Origin: Batkoa obscura
Taxonomy: Eukaryota
Direction of reading: 5' to 3'
DNA length: 38,673 bases
NCBI GenBank assembly: GCA_030770535.1
Contig: JASVEC010000164.1
Span: forward strand, 1 to 38,673
Shown here: positions 10,432 through 24,409 of the stretch, in pieces
How positions within the stretch are numbered: position 1 is the stretch's first letter
Layout: each line of letters opens with the position of its first letter
Position numbers and translations under genes: made by a program
Notes under the pieces: model-generated
The model's input: the letters and a program-made list of their open reading frames with translations, nothing else
What the model was told of the DNA's origin: nothing
Databases searched by the model: none

Positions 10432-13400
10432 ATGACTGAAGAAAATCAAACACAACCTAATGATAAAGAGTATCTTAATTTAAATTATCAACAATGGACC
10501 TTTGGAACTACAAAGAATCCAGATGAGAGTAAGCTATTTTGATTTTCAATTATTGATAAGATTATAATTAATAAAAAATAAACTAGTTTTAAATTTATTA
10601 CCTGAGTTTCAATTGGATCCAAAAGAAGAAGAAGATAGTAATTCAACAGAAGAAGTAGATGAATCATTTCTTAATGAACAAAAAGAAGATCAAGGTTTTT
10701 TAAATTATATGGCTAATTATTTGGAAAAAGTAGATGTCTCTTATTTGTAAGTTGGATGATTTATTATTATATAATTTATTTGATGTATTATTAATTTATT
10801 AGAAAATTCAAACCTATTGATAATATAGATGGAGATAGAAAACAAAACTATCAATCTAGTTTACCACCTTTAGCTGAGGGTATTTTAAGAGGTTCGACAA
10901 TGAGATATAAGCAGCTGTTGACAATAAGTAAGCTCAATGAAGTTTATATAATACTTCAAGTCGTAATCTTTATATCCATTTTAGATAAGTTGACAATAGA
11001 AACAAACGATTTAAATCCAGAAAAAATAATAGAAGATTACTTAAAACCATTTGAAAATGAAGAAGAAAGTGAATTTGATCAATCTTTTGGAGTAAAAAAC
11101 AATAACGACAGTAATTTTTATTTTATTTTTTATACAATTAAAATTAATAATAAATTATAAAGATATGGGTAATGAGGATGATTCGAATGAAAATGGTAAG
11201 TATAGATTATTACTAAATTATATGCATTAATATATATTTAAAATATTAAATGTATTTTTGATGTTACTAATGCTTACTATTACATACTAAATTATGCATT
11301 AATCGATTACTTATTTAAACGTAGATATACTAAATACATCGGGTACATTTGAACAAAAAGTGAAAACAGAAGAAGAAGTCAAACAGGGTAATTTAATTCA
11401 AATATATTGAAGCTCAATTGTAAAAATTTAATTAGAAAATATGAATGAATTAAAAAAATATATGCTAGAAATTAATGAATTTGAAAGTCAAATGAGTGGG
11501 GATAAAGAATATTTACCAGAAGAAGACTTGTTATATATTGATTTGGATATGACTTTAATATCTAATTCACCTTTGATGAAATTACAAAAATTATTTGGTA
11601 AAGTAAGTAAATATGATGGATTTGATTTGATAGATAAGGATATGCTTTCGAATATATTTTATTTATTGCATAATTGTATCAAATATGCGGAATTTAAGAC
11701 TTTGTTTGAAATCAATTCAAATTGTAACATAGCTTTTACAGAGGATAATTTGGAAGAAGAATTTCAATCTGTTTGCACAACAATTAAATATGGTTTGTTA
11801 GCGGCTAATTTAACGCTAAGCATAGCTAATAAGTTAGAGATTAACCGATGTTTATACAGTGAAAACATTATGACTTCATCTCTAAGTTTCATACGAAATC
11901 AATTAACTTTCACATTATTTCCATCGATTGAAGTAGTCAAAGGAGGGTTTAATACAGCCAAATTCACAAATTTGTCAAAATCATTTATGAGAACATTGCA
12001 ATATAATTTATCACAATTATCTAATGTTGCGTTTCAAGTTGCCAATTTTTTTCATGATTTTAAATTATTTATAAAAGATAGTGAAATTGGATTAAGTATT
12101 GTAATAACATTAAGTTATATTTGTATATCTAGTTTATTTGTGGATTTAACTGGGGGTAAGAAATACACAATATTTAGTAAAGGCTCTGGTAGTTTGTTTA
12201 AAAAACAATTCCAGGGAACTCTAGAAATTGTAAGTTTTAATTTTTTTTGTTAGATTTGCTAATTTAAGTTAATAATAATATAGATATTTACTAATTATCC
12301 AGATCAAAGATCTTGGATACTTGAGGAAATATTAGCTTCTTTAATTAAATTACCACTAAATAAAAGAACAAGTAAAACTCATAGGTAAATATGTTTATGA
12401 TAAATATTTAAAATATAATAATTATAATCTAACAATGATACAATACTAAATATAAATATAAATAGGTTAATTGATGGAAGATTTTTACATTCTTCTACAG
12501 TATTAATACTTCAATTAATACAAAATATGTTTGAGAATTCTATTTCTAAATGGGTATTAGAATCTAAAGATTACCAAGAATTTGCTGTCGATCAATTTTC
12601 TCCAAAATCAAATGCATTTCGTCAAATAACTGATAAAGTAAATTTAATAATAATAATAATAATAATAATAATAGTAATAACAATAATTTTTATTAACATT
12701 TTGTTATATTTGTTGTCATTTAGCTATATTCAAATTGGAAATATCATATTGAAGAAGCAAGTAAAATTATTGGATTTACTTTGAAGTATTTATTTTCAAG
12801 GTAATTTAACTATTTTGTTAACCTTATTATATTTATTTAATAGTAAATTGTAATAGAATTATAAAAAACAAAAATCAAAACGATAGTGAATATCGAATCA
12901 TATTAGATAATATACTTGAAGATTCATTAACTATATTAAATTTACCAGAATGGCCAGGAGCGGAAATATTATTAAGAGTCATGACTACAATTTTAGTTGG
13001 ATTTGCTGATGATTCAACAACAGAGCAACAACTTAAAGGGTTTGCTATTGAATATCTAGGACATATAGCAGCAAGAATAAAAAAGCATAACATTCAATCT
13101 TTAGAATCTGATTATCTTGAAGAATGTACAAAAAGTTCAAAAAGTCATGATTCGGAAATCATTGCTACTTTAGCTCAACTTCCGGAATCGCTTTCATTAT
13201 CACTTCCTATTAGTTCCATTGAAACTTTATTAGTATGCGAAGATAAAATACAATTGTATTTACAAGCACTTTCAACAGAAGATTCTTTGTATGAAGTAAT
13301 TTTTATTTTGTATTTAATACTATTTTATAATAATTGTGTTCTTAAAGGGAGCAAGGAAACTTCATTTGTGCCAATTTGGTATGACTCTACTTAAAATCTA

Positions 13401-16400
13401 TCATGAGTCTACTCAAAATGATAGCAATAGTAAAGAAGTGGCAAAGCAATCATTAAATAAACGAAGTACTGAGATGATCAATTCCTATTTAGCAAAAGTC
13501 ATAGCTTTATCTTGTACTAAAAATACAATTGATTCAATTAAAGTATCTGAGCAACTAGAAACACAAAATAGAGATATTATTTGTATATTAAATGAAGCAA
13601 TAGCCTTTAGAAAGCCATTATATCAATGTTTTAATTCAATATTATCAAGAATATTATTATGTTTGGAAATGAATGTATTATCCTATCGATCTAAATCAAT
13701 TAAAGCAATAACACAGATAGTATCTAATCATCCTGAGATAATTAATATACCAAAACTAAGATCATCAATACTTTATAGAATACAAGATACATCAGCTTCT
13801 GTGAGAGATTCAGCAGTAGACTTGATTGGAAGATATATGAATTTAAAGCCAGAAACGATATCTGAATGTTATAAAATTGTTAGTGAAAGAGTATTAGATA
13901 TTGCAACAGCAGTTAGAAAAAGAGTAGTTCGATTATTAAGGGATTTATATTCAACAATTAAAGATCGTAATTTAATGATTGACATTTGTTGTAAAATATT
14001 AAACAGAACGTATGATGATGAATTTCATGTTAGGGAATTAGCTATTAAAATATTGCAAGATATTTGGTTTATGCCATTAAAAAAATATAAATTGCCACTT
14101 GATTATGATTTAAATACTTTAAATGATTCTAAAATAAAATTTGAAAGTATTTCCATTTTAGGGCAAAAAGAATTAATTGAAAGGGTATCTATCATAATTG
14201 ATGTTGTTAAAGTAACATGTGTATCTTTAGAAACAGATCAAGTTATTGTTGATTTTATATCCAAATCATTAGATAAACCAAAAGATAATAAAAATGAAGC
14301 TTATAAACGATGGGGAAGTAACATGATTATGGCCAAATTAACTGTGAGTTGTTTATTAAATCAATTAGTTAATTTACCAGAAAACATTAATGTTAATATT
14401 ATTTCAAGTATATTAAAATGTATTTATACTTTTTGCTCATCAAAAAGTTCTTTAATACCAATCAATCATATACCTACTTTAGAGCCTTATTTAGGTTGTT
14501 TTAACGAACCTTCAGAGCAAATGAATATGTATTATGTATTAAAGATATATAATCAAGTAATTGCTAATGCTAGTTATAATTATCCTAAATTATTAAGCTC
14601 CATTGAAGGTACTTTATTAAATTCATTACCTAAATTATCCCCTATTGTATTATGTGAAGCTATTCCATGTTTATGTGTTGTTTCAGAAATGATTGGTAGT
14701 ATTGAACTAAAGATTAGTAAATTATATCAGTCATGTATAGAACTACTGAAAAAAGAAAAGGTTAACTTTGAAAAGCATGGTATACTTTCAGCAGAAAAGA
14801 ATACAATACGATTATTATTAATTTGTAGTTTAGTTAGCCAAAATATTGATAAAAAAAGAGGATCTAAAAATATCAACAGAAGATTCATTAATAATCAAAA
14901 GCTTTTAGATGAAGTTTATGAACTTATATTATTCTTTACAAATAAGGATATGAAAATGATGGTACGATTAGCAGCTATTCAAAGTTTAGGGTTTGTTATG
15001 TTAGAATATCAAAGTTATTTTATTAAAGAAGAATCCTTTGAATTATTTTCAAATATTTTATTATCAAAAAATAAGGATATTAAATTGAAATTTTTAAATT
15101 TACTTTATGATTATTTAGCACAAGAATCGCCAACTATAACGGATATATTAAACAAAACAGAAGATAAAAGGATAATCGGTTTAGAAGATTTAATTGGTAA
15201 TACAGAACAAATGGGAGAATCAAGTATCATATGTTCTGTTATGCAATATTGTTTAGAAAATATATTAAATTGTGGATTAAGTGGAATTCATTCGTTACAA
15301 ATGAGAGCATTAAAAGTAATTAAACCAATTGTTGAACAGGGTCATGTTAATCCATTAATGTGTTTACCAGTATTAATTGGCCTAACTACAAGTGAAGATA
15401 AAAGTTTAAGTAATTTGGCTTATTTTATTTATACAAGTATAGCTATTCGATTTGAATCTATTGCTTATTCAAAAAATATTGAAGCTGTGCAAGTTACTTA
15501 TCAATATCATTTAAAAGTTATGGAAAATGAGAGCCTATTTGGGTTTAGACAATCAGATAATGAATTTCCAGTGGGTTTATTAAATGATTTTTATAAATTT
15601 ATTCGTCATAGTAAACAACGTAGAAATGAATTATTTCATTCTATTATTAAAAACTTCGAATATGATTTTAAACAAAATCTAAATGGAGTAAATACTATTT
15701 AGTAATAATAGTAATATAAATAATTGTTTATTTTTTAGGTGGATGTTCAATATCATAAATTCATATTGGAAAATTTAGCGTTTTTAGAATATAAAACATT
15801 AGATGAACCAATTTATTTAATTACATTAATTAATCAAGTAATTTCTACAACAGGTGCTGATGTAATTCATTACATTGATAATGAAGATAAAAAAGGTAGT
15901 TTAAATAACAGCGCTATTATAGTATACGTTGATATTAACTTTGTAAAATAGAAGAAGACAATATTTCCGATTTATTATTAGCTAAACTTTCTGACTCAAT
16001 GAGTTGTTTATTAATTTTAAAAATTAATCTACAAATGCTATATACTATTAGTAGTTCGTAAGTTTATAAATTATTAATAATGGCAATAATAATAAATAAT
16101 AACCTTAACTTTAATATAGTAAATTGATGACATACAGAACAGAAGATAGTAAATTATTTAAAGATAAACCATTGACTAAATATACTGGATTTGACCCAAC
16201 GGGTGATTGGACAAGTTTTAAATTTTCTTTTGGTATAGTTGAAGACGAAATAGCATTAAATATTGCTAGTGAAAGAGTAATTCTATTTAAATAATAGAAA
16301 TACATATTTGACTTATTATTATTAGTTTAAAACCTTTTTGTCCCGAGATAGCTCTTCCTTATTAGATTGTGAAGATGTTTATTCCAACGATACTTCTCAT

Positions 16401-16598
16401 TTAAGAAAGTATCAATTACGTACCAGAAATAAAATCAAAAAAGCATCTGCTTCAAAGGCTGCCATGAAATATCAAGAGGATACAACGGACGAAGAAGAGT
16501 GGGAAGGGGATAGTGATGAAGAAAGCGAAAATAGTGAAGAGGATAATAGTGATGAAGATTTCATGCCAAGGTTTCCAATTTCTGCTTTGAAAAAATAA
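10432..16598 (+). CDS. SCC2: Cohesin loader Scc2/Nipped-B-like HEAT-repeat protein, multi-exon
   Basis: Conserved motifs LNLPEWPGAEILL, RSKSIKAITQIV, DTSASVRDSAVDLIG, AVRKRVVRLLRDLY, QGHVNPLMCLPVLIGL and ENLAFLEYKT. ORF pieces join through short GT-AG introns. ATG 10432 and its first exons splice in frame; the acidic tail ends at TAA 16598. Confidence 0.93.
12647..12686. repeat. Intronic (ATA)n microsatellite
   Basis: AATAATAAT... run inside the SCC2 intron at about 12638-12723. Confidence 0.85.
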
Positions 16599-16847
16599 AG
16601 ATGATCTAGCTTACAAAAAGAATAATAAAATGTTAAAGGCTATGTTAGATATCAATGCTTATTTTCGATTATTATTTGTTTTATTTTATTTTAACTAACA
16701 GCTACAGAGTGTCTATGTTTAATATAGGATGTTCTAAATTAACACAATATAGTAAACAAAGAACCAGCTAGATAATGCTACTAAACTTGAGGAAAAAATA
16801 GTTCAGAATGCTATAACTTATTACCTTCAAGGTAGACTGCTGTATGT

Positions 16848-16944
16848 TGAGATGTATTTTTATATCTAAGAATTTTACCAACAATTTTTCCGCTTAAATA
16901 GCGCTTAAAAAATGGAAAAAATAATGAAGTCAAAAAACACTTCC
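16848..16944 (+). mobile_element. MITE family A copy
   Basis: Core ACAATTTTTCCGCTTAAATAGCGCTTAAAAAATGG; flanks ATGT/ATAT. Confidence 0.88.
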
Positions 16945-17128
16945 ATATAACAAAATCTATCTTTTAATGATCAATAATAATAATCTTAATAGTTGGTAAT
17001 TTTTGTAATTTGATAAATTAACATTCATTTTTTATCAAGTATTTTTGTATTATTATATTAGTAAGTTGTTCTTTAAATATATGTAACAATTAAATTTTTT
17101 CAAAGCATTAAAAAATAAATAAAAATAT

Positions 17129-17221
17129 AGGGGCGTTTTTTTGGGTTCATCACTTTTTCCATCTTTTGAGCGCTATTTAAGCAGAAAAATTGTTAGTAAA
17201 ATTAAACAAAAATACATTCTC
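17129..17221 (-). mobile_element. MITE family A copy
   Basis: AGGGGCGTTTTTT...AAAAATACATTCTC; flanks ATAT/TTAT. Confidence 0.88.
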
Positions 17222-17341
17222 TTATCGTAAAAGTCAAACTTGAGTAATTTGATTTTTAATACTATAAATTTATTGAATTTACAATTAAATGGTCTCAAAA
17301 ATTATAAACAAGAAAAGCACTATAACTATAGAAACATCATA

Positions 17342-18152
17342 TTAAGCTTCTATAGTATAATTTGGTGGCATTTTAGGTTCTAAATTAACCCTATTCTTCC
17401 TCAGACCGCAATCATTAGCCCATTGAAACTTAAAGGGTTGTTTCCCAAAATTAAATTGAATAGAGCAAACTCCATTCGAATAAATAGTAGGATAAAATTG
17501 ACTTTCTTCGGTTTTAAAATTAATCAATTCCCTTGCGATACCATCTAATGTGTAGTAGAGCTGGGATCGATAGTTATTATAATATAAACCAATGACTGTA
17601 GGAGGAGGGCGGTTAATATGATAAAGCTGTAAGAGTGGATGATGATGGCAGTGAATGGTACCAGTGTTGATATGTAAGCTGATACTATTAGGTGAGTTGC
17701 CTTAAAGTAATAAAAGTTGTCAGTAATTGTCATTAAGTTATATGTAATTAAATATTTTACTTTTTTAACTTACCTATCTCATTAGAGTTCAAAACATCCT
17801 TCATTGCTAATCCGAAATAAAGGTTGCTAGTAGGAGATAGTTCAAGGATAGTAATTTCTAAATAAATAAATCCATTCCTCTCAACTGGTAGTTCTGTTTG
17901 TACATTAGAAGAAGAGTAGAAATTTATTTTATCTTCAGGATCAATAGTTAATTTGGTGAAATTGTTAGCAGTTAATATGAATTCAGGATAGTAGGGTGAG
18001 GTAGGGGAAGGGGATTGAGAGGAAGAAAGACCATTCTTGAGATTTCTGAAATAGATGTATAGGCGATGAAGAAGTATAAGGATAGATATGAGGATCAAGA
18101 TAGCTAATATTGGATAAAATATAGAACGAAAAAGTTGATTAGGATCAGACAT
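17342..18152 (-). CDS. Single-pass membrane SPRY-domain protein (Ssh4/Ear1-like), two exons
   Basis: N-terminal TM helix; SPRY motifs YLEITIL, LYFGLA, IGLYYN, LYYTLDG, FYPTI and FNFGKQPFKF. An intron at about 17701-17773 (GTAAG...TAAG) joins the two ORFs. C-terminal PPNY (PPxY). Confidence 0.85.
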
Positions 18153-20020
18153 TTTATTATTATTTAGTTATTTTTTTATTTTAAATAAAATAAGTTTTTA
18201 ATTATAAATTTTCTTTTTTTTATATACTTTTTTATGAATTAAAAATTAATAGTTTCGGTATTTTAAATATTAATGTCTTCGGTCTTTTTTTATTTTATTC
18301 TAGAAATTTAGACGTGAGACGTCAGCTGAATGATGTGGCTTATAGTTTTTCAATGTAATGCAGGGAGTTTAATATACTGCGTAAGATTATATAATTAGGG
18401 TTGGCTACTTTATTCTTTATTGAGGTTATTGAGGTTATTGGGTTTTGGTAGATGTAAATATTAAGATGAGTAGAGAGAGATAGGTAAGATTATTATATTA
18501 TTGTTGCATTATTGTTGATTTTGGTATTTCATTTTAATCCTTTATTTTATTATACTGACTTTTATAAGATCAAACTCGCATTGATTTTCTGAAACTTTTT
18601 TAACATATTTATTTAATAGGTTTTTCATTAGGCTGGTAGTATAATATATAAGAATATAATAGAATCAAGACAACAAACAAACATTTGATTATGGTGTTAT
18701 TTATAGATTTCTGTTATTATTGAGTCATCACCAATCATTTTATTATTTTTAACAAATATAAAAACAATTCCTACTTCTCTGTTTTTTTCTTTTAATTCAT
18801 GCTTAATTATAAAAATATAAAAACCCTTCCCCCTTATAAATAACACTAAATTCTCAGATTAACCGAAGCCCTCTTAATCGCAAAAGCAAGTTAATTTTTT
18901 TGCTTTTTCTTTTACATCATATCATCTGGTTTTTAGTTTCTGAATGATGATAATAACCTTGCTTTTCTTGTTTTCCTACTTTTTGATCATAGTTTTTTAT
19001 TGTTGTTATCAAGTTATTAAACACTTGAGTTATAAAGTCGAAATAATGTATTTTCTGAGGTTTAGCTCTTTTAGGCTAAAAAGATTCTTGCCTTTAGGAT
19101 TATATTATAAAACATGATTACGAGATGTTTACTAGTTTTCGCTATCAATCTAAACTAAACAAATAAGTTTTTTAAATATTGTTTATAGTCAAAATATCAC
19201 AATTTTCAAATCTTGATTTTTTTATAAAAAAATTAAAGAATTTAAACTTGTTTATTCCTATAATTAGAAATTAAAAATTATTTTCCTTATTTAAAACGAA
19301 GAATTCAGGATTTTATTGATTACTTTTATTCTACTCCACTTAAAGGCGATAGTTATATATTGGATAATATATAAACCAACTATATAGATAACGCAGACTA
19401 CATTTCTTTGGGTGTTTTGGCCTTTATTTTTTAATTCACGCCTTTGTAATATTACTAAATAAAGTAAATTACAATCCACTTAGGTGACAGCGTTACCTAC
19501 TGTCAATCCTACGTTTATTAATTGTAATATCACTTTTAGTTGTTTTAATATTAATATTAAGATCCTTTACATGTCAAAAGCAAATAAAAACATAACACAA
19601 TGGTTTTTTAGTATAGACTTAAGTAATTTTTGTAAAACGAACAAAGTTATTTATTTCAACTATATTTTGCTGTATATCACTAGCTTTCTTGCTGAACAAA
19701 TCCTTTAAAATATTAAGCATCAAAACATTAGCAGGCTGATAGATAATTATTGATTACTTGCTATATTAAATAATTTCAAATAAGTCAAAGGAATATAAGC
19801 AATGTATATAATTATAAATAAATCAATAATTCATTCTTATCACAATTAAATAATCAACTGATCCATTGTCTTTAATAGTAAAAATCGAAGTTTTAGTTTC
19901 ACTTCTAAGTCCATGCTTAATAGTAAATAGCACTAAAAATTAATCTAAAATGTAACACTTATTTCAACAATTTAGTATAAAGCCTTGTTTGCAATATATT
20001 GATTAACTGCATTTCCAAAA

Positions 20021-21234
20021 TCACTCCTTTTTAAAATATTTTGAAGCAGTTTCAGTCTCTGGTGACTCTTCCTTTTTTACTTTTGTAGCCTTGTTATTTA
20101 ACCTTTCAAAGCTCAAACTGTCTTCTTTTTCTTCTAACTCAATTTTGATCTCAGGCTCCCCTGTCTCTAATTTTGGTCGCATAGCCGATCTGACATTACC
20201 CCTTTTCCCTAGCTTAGAAGTTTTATCAAACGAGGGACAATCCTCTGCAACAGGGCATTCAAAGCATCTGGGTCTATTCCCTAAAATAGAATTAATCCAT
20301 ATTTTTTATTACAATAACTCAAAAACTTACCAATACAAACGGTTTGCCCAAAACCAACCAATAAAAAGTTAATCTCTTTCCAGTATTTCTTAGGTAATAC
20401 ATTTTCCAACGCTACTCTAGTTTGTTCCGGTTCTTTTGTTTTCACCCACCCTAATCGATTGCTAATCCTATGTACATGGGTATCTACACCAATCCCTATA
20501 TTATAATTCCAACCACATTGTAATGCTAGGAATGCCATTTTAGGACCCACCCCTGGAAGTTTCAATAATTCTTCTAAATTATCTGGTATATCATTATCAT
20601 ATTCCTCTAAACAAATTCTTGCTGTTCGTTTGATATATTTCCATTTTAAATTATGAAACCCCACTTTAGTGATACATTGATGTAATTTTTCTTCATCCAT
20701 ATCTACTAATAATTGAGGAGTAAGTGGTTTTCCGCATGCTTGCCTCAGTTTTTTCATAGCTAAATAAGTGTCCTCATCTCGCGTTTGTGAGGATAAGATT
20801 AAAGATATTAACACGTGAAATCGAAATTCCTAAGTTATGTAAATTATATGAATACATAAAAATAGCATTTGATGACAAGACTTACTTTTCCTGTTAATTT
20901 TTCATCATCCCCACGTTCACAACCCATAGAGTCAACAGGTGCCGAATGGGTTTCTCTATATTTTCTAATTTTTAGAAAAGTTGATTCCCAGTTACTTGGG
21001 GGCTTATGACTTAGAAATGGACCACTAGTTATTAATACCTTCTTGGTTGCAGCTAGTATATATTTATTTTGATTAATATTAATAATTCTTATTAATTTTA
21101 TTTAATTTACCCTTTTTAACTTTTTTTGGCTTCTCCTCTGGTGAAGTAATTGTCATTGAACTATCGATATCGATTTCCTTTTTTATTGTTGGTTCTATTT
21201 CCGTCTTTATTTTACTATGGCTTCTTAGCTTCAT
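20021..21234 (-). CDS. NTH1: Endonuclease III-like DNA glycosylase/AP lyase (Nth1/Ntg family), four exons
   Basis: LILSSQTRD, HhH motif LLKLPGVGPKMA, GIGVDTHVHRISNRLGW, LLVGFGQTVC and Fe-S motif C...PRCFECPVAEDCPS; three GT-AG introns; ATG 21234, TGA 20021. Confidence 0.94.
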
Positions 21235-21434
21235 GATTGTTGAAATTAGATAATTTTTTGAATTTTGAATTTTAAATAAAATAGTAAAAAGATAATCAAA
21301 TTATTACGATAGCTTGGTGTATGTAATATTTTAGTCATTAGCATTTGGCATAAGAAAATTCAGAATCGATCGTGAATATTTAGCAGTAAAAGTGAATAAA
21401 ATAAATCACTTATCAAAATAAGCTGTGTGATATA

Positions 21435-21517
21435 TGATCAGGATGGGATTCGAACCCACGCCTCCGAAGAGACCGCGGCCTTAACACGGCGCCTTAGACC
21501 AACTCGGCCACCTGATC
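21435..21517 (-). tRNA. tRNA-Leu(AAG), intronless, long variable arm
   Basis: Reverse complement folds as a cloverleaf: acceptor GATCAGG/CCTGATC+A, A box TGGCCGAGTTGG, anticodon arm CCGTG-TTAAGGC-CGCGG, variable hairpin TCTCTTCGGAGG, B box GGTTCGAATCC. Confidence 0.97.
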
Positions 21518-21709
21518 TTAATAATTGAGCACTCCAGCAAATTTAAAATAAAATTTCAACAAAATAAAATAATTGAGTAAAAAATAGGCAGTATAACAAA
21601 TATTCAAAGATAGGAAAGTAAATGAAAACAAAATGAACAACATTGAAAAATTAAATTTAAATAAAAGCACACTTTATTCAGTTTAATTGAAAATAAATAC
21701 TAATCCCAC

Positions 21710-22972
21710 TTAAGCAAACTCAATTTTACTATTTCCATTGAAGGTGGCAGCTCTAGCGGACCCAGCAGTTGGAGGAGGATGGGATTCATCACCAAGATGA
21801 CCAGTCTTAAAATTTCTTCTATCCTTGTCAAGGTGAGGGACTACGTCTTTATTTTTACTAACGACCTCAGTGTTTCCGTTAAAAGTTTCAATAACAAATC
21901 TTCCTTTGAAAGTAGCTGGGAGGGAGATAAAAGTGTTTCCATTGACAGTAGCTGAGTCATAGTTGATTTCATGATGGGGGCGATTAGCTTCATGAGACTC
22001 ATCATGAAGTACTTTTATACTAGTGTTTCCATTCACGGCCTTTGCATGTACTTTATTGGAATTCTTGGCTGTTAAATCAACGTTACCATCAACAGTAGCA
22101 CCAACTACATGATCAGCTTTAATATTAGTGGTAGTGACATGGCCATGAGTGGCAAATAAAGCTACACTTTGACCGGTGGTACCTTCAACATGAAGGTTAC
22201 CAGAAACGGTACCAAGGTTGATTTGATTAACAATCAAGTCTTTGATTTTAATATCACCGCAAACCAATTTAAGTTCTAACTTTTGTAAAGTTAATTTGCC
22301 TTTAAAATCAGTTTCTATATCGCCGACTGGTAAATGAGACCAAAATTTTTCAAGGTGATCCAAGTCATTAGGAAGATAAATTAAAATATTAGCCTTAATA
22401 CATTCCCCATTATTGTGGAATACTCTTGGCCCACGAATACTGAAATCATAAGAATCTTTATTAATATGGAAACCTACATGAACATCATCGGCTACTTTAA
22501 CATTACTGATAAAGATTTCAGGTTCTATTTTAATGTTTGGTGAATCGTGACGTGCAAATTTTACAGTACTGAATTTGACGCTTCCAATCATGCCAACTCC
22601 AAAGGAGGTATGCTCTTTGGCGTTGAATTCAAAGGTTTCCTCTATTTTGTATGGAATGGTAGGATTGCAAACTGGTCTGGGTCCATGGCCATGACCTGGA
22701 CCATGACCCGGTCCGTGTTCATGACCAGGGTGATAATAGGGTTTCATTTCACTATTTGCGTGCTGAAATGGGCAGTTGAATTGAACAGTTGAAGCTAATT
22801 GATAAAAACCAAAGACTAATAAAGAATAAATAATAAGTTTAGTCAACACTCTTAATACACTGCACTTTCTTTTTTTGGGTTCTTCTGGTAAAGGCTCAGT
22901 ATTGTTACCCTCTTCGCATAATAATGCTTCTTTTTCGTTATGTACTGGATAATACGCTTTTGTATCACTCAT
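21710..22972 (-). CDS. Type II membrane protein with DUF4097/putative-adhesin beta-strand repeats, 420 aa
   Basis: TM helix after basic KKRK, a His/Gly/Pro stretch, and about 19-22-aa repeats of the T-V-(N/S/D)-G-(N/D)-I/V type (LGTVSGNL, ATVDGNV, KAVNGNT, ATVNGNT, ETFNGNT, ATFNGNS). Confidence 0.8.
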   Translation of the reverse strand: MSDTKAYYPVHNEKEALLCEEGNNTEPLPEEPKKRKCSVLRVLTKLIIYSLLVFGFYQLASTVQFNCPFQHANSEMKPYYHPGHEHGPGHGPGHGHGPRPVCNPTIPYKIEETFEFNAKEHTSFGVGMIGSVKFSTVKFARHDSPNIKIEPEIFISNVKVADDVHVGFHINKDSYDFSIRGPRVFHNNGECIKANILIYLPNDLDHLEKFWSHLPVGDIETDFKGKLTLQKLELKLVCGDIKIKDLIVNQINLGTVSGNLHVEGTTGQSVALFATHGHVTTTNIKADHVVGATVDGNVDLTAKNSNKVHAKAVNGNTSIKVLHDESHEANRPHHEINYDSATVNGNTFISLPATFKGRFVIETFNGNTEVVSKNKDVVPHLDKDRRNFKTGHLGDESHPPPTAGSARAATFNGNSKIEFA

Positions 22973-23351
22973 TTTATTTCTTAAAGAGAAAACAGTGGTT
23001 TAGGTTTTTTTAGTATTTATGATGTCTTTTTTGAATTATGCTTGGAAAAGTTTGGTTTTTATAATTTGCTTGGCATTGCCTTTTAAATCTAGTGATCTCA
23101 AACTTTGGTTTAAATTCAAAGGTCCAATCACTTAAACTGCTTTTTTTTAAAATTTTAATTGTTTGGTTCGAATTTACTAGTTACTGCTTAGTTATTTATT
23201 AATTCGGGCTAATATTATTCAATTGCCCTTGATATTATACATACAACAATATTAAAAATACTTTTGATATTCTCAAGTTATGAATGAACAGAGAGTTACG
23301 GATTAGCATTGAATTTAAATGAGGGTATATTTAAATAACTTGAGAGCATAT

Positions 23352-23447
23352 GAGGATGTTTTTTCTGGTTTCATTACTTTTTCCATCTTTTAGACGCTAT
23401 TTGAGTGGAAAAATTGGTAGTAAAATTCTTAAAAAAAATACATCCCC
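23352..23447 (-). mobile_element. MITE family A copy, full length
   Basis: GAGGATGTTTTTT...AAAAATACATCCCC, ATAT on both flanks. Confidence 0.92.
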
Positions 23448-24264
23448 ATATTTTAAAACTCTAAGGTACCAAGAATATTAGCCCAAATCGAGGTGACTGT
23501 TAGAAAATAAATAAAAACAGGAAATTAATAACTCATTACTGGTTCTATTTAAACATGGGTTGGGCATTTAATTTTGTGTCTTTTGAGTTTAACCATCGTA
23601 ATTTTTTCTATTTTTATAATAACAAATATGAAATTAAATATCTCAATTCATGTTTAAATTAAACAATTAACAAGGTTTTTATAAAAAACGGGTTTAGTCA
23701 TTCAAACTTTGTTCAATAGTCGTAATATAGTAAATTTACTAACAATCCTTAATGAGGGTAAACAAATGTCTGAAAAAAATTAAATTTTTTGATTAGATCT
23801 TCATAGTAAAAAATGGCTAATAGGTTTTTAGGAACCCTAGGACTAACTTTGATACTAATGTCACTATTACTGTTTCTATTATTATTTTATGAAGTGTAAT
23901 AGTGCATCTTTGAGTATAAGATAAGCTTACTACTGCTTTAACTATTTTCTTCCACTTAAAAACATATTTATGGTATTTTTGAAATTGAAATTGGGAATTT
24001 TTTCGATTGAAACTTGCTTTACATAAGATTTGATTATTTTACTAAGTTTGTATTAAAAAATTAAACATTTATATTTATCCTTGGTATAATCGCATTTATT
24101 TTTAAAAAAGATCAGTTAGAATTGCTGTTATTAGTGTAAGTGTTTAGATTAACTGCTCCCGTAGCTCTTTTTAGATGACAGCCACACCCTAACATCTTAT
24201 ATACAGCCAAATCTATTTATTAAACTATGTAATAGCTATATTAAGTAATCATTAAGAAAGAAAT

Positions 24265-24354
24265 GGGGCTGTTTTTTTTAGTTTCATTATTTTTCCATTT
24301 TTTAAGCGCTATTTATGTGGAAAAATTGTCAGTAAAATACAAAAATACATCCCC
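24265..24354 (-). mobile_element. MITE family A copy (left arm of perfect inverted pair)
   Basis: GGGGCTGTTTTTTTT...AAAAATACATCCCC; flanks AAAT/ATAT; short internal deletion. Confidence 0.92.
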
Positions 24355-24409
24355 ATATGGATTTTAGTGAAATGGTTTGTGCAATATATTAATTTTTAAA
24401 TTAGCATTT

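Noticed and set aside
12638..12723. Poly-Ile transmembrane-like stretch in ORF 12527-12784
   Set aside because: It is read-through into an intronic (ATA)n microsatellite of SCC2.
18945..19058. Box C (ATGATGA) and box D (CTGA)-like motifs suggesting a snoRNA
   Set aside because: No convincing terminal stem or recognisable rRNA guide; such motifs arise by chance in AT-rich DNA.
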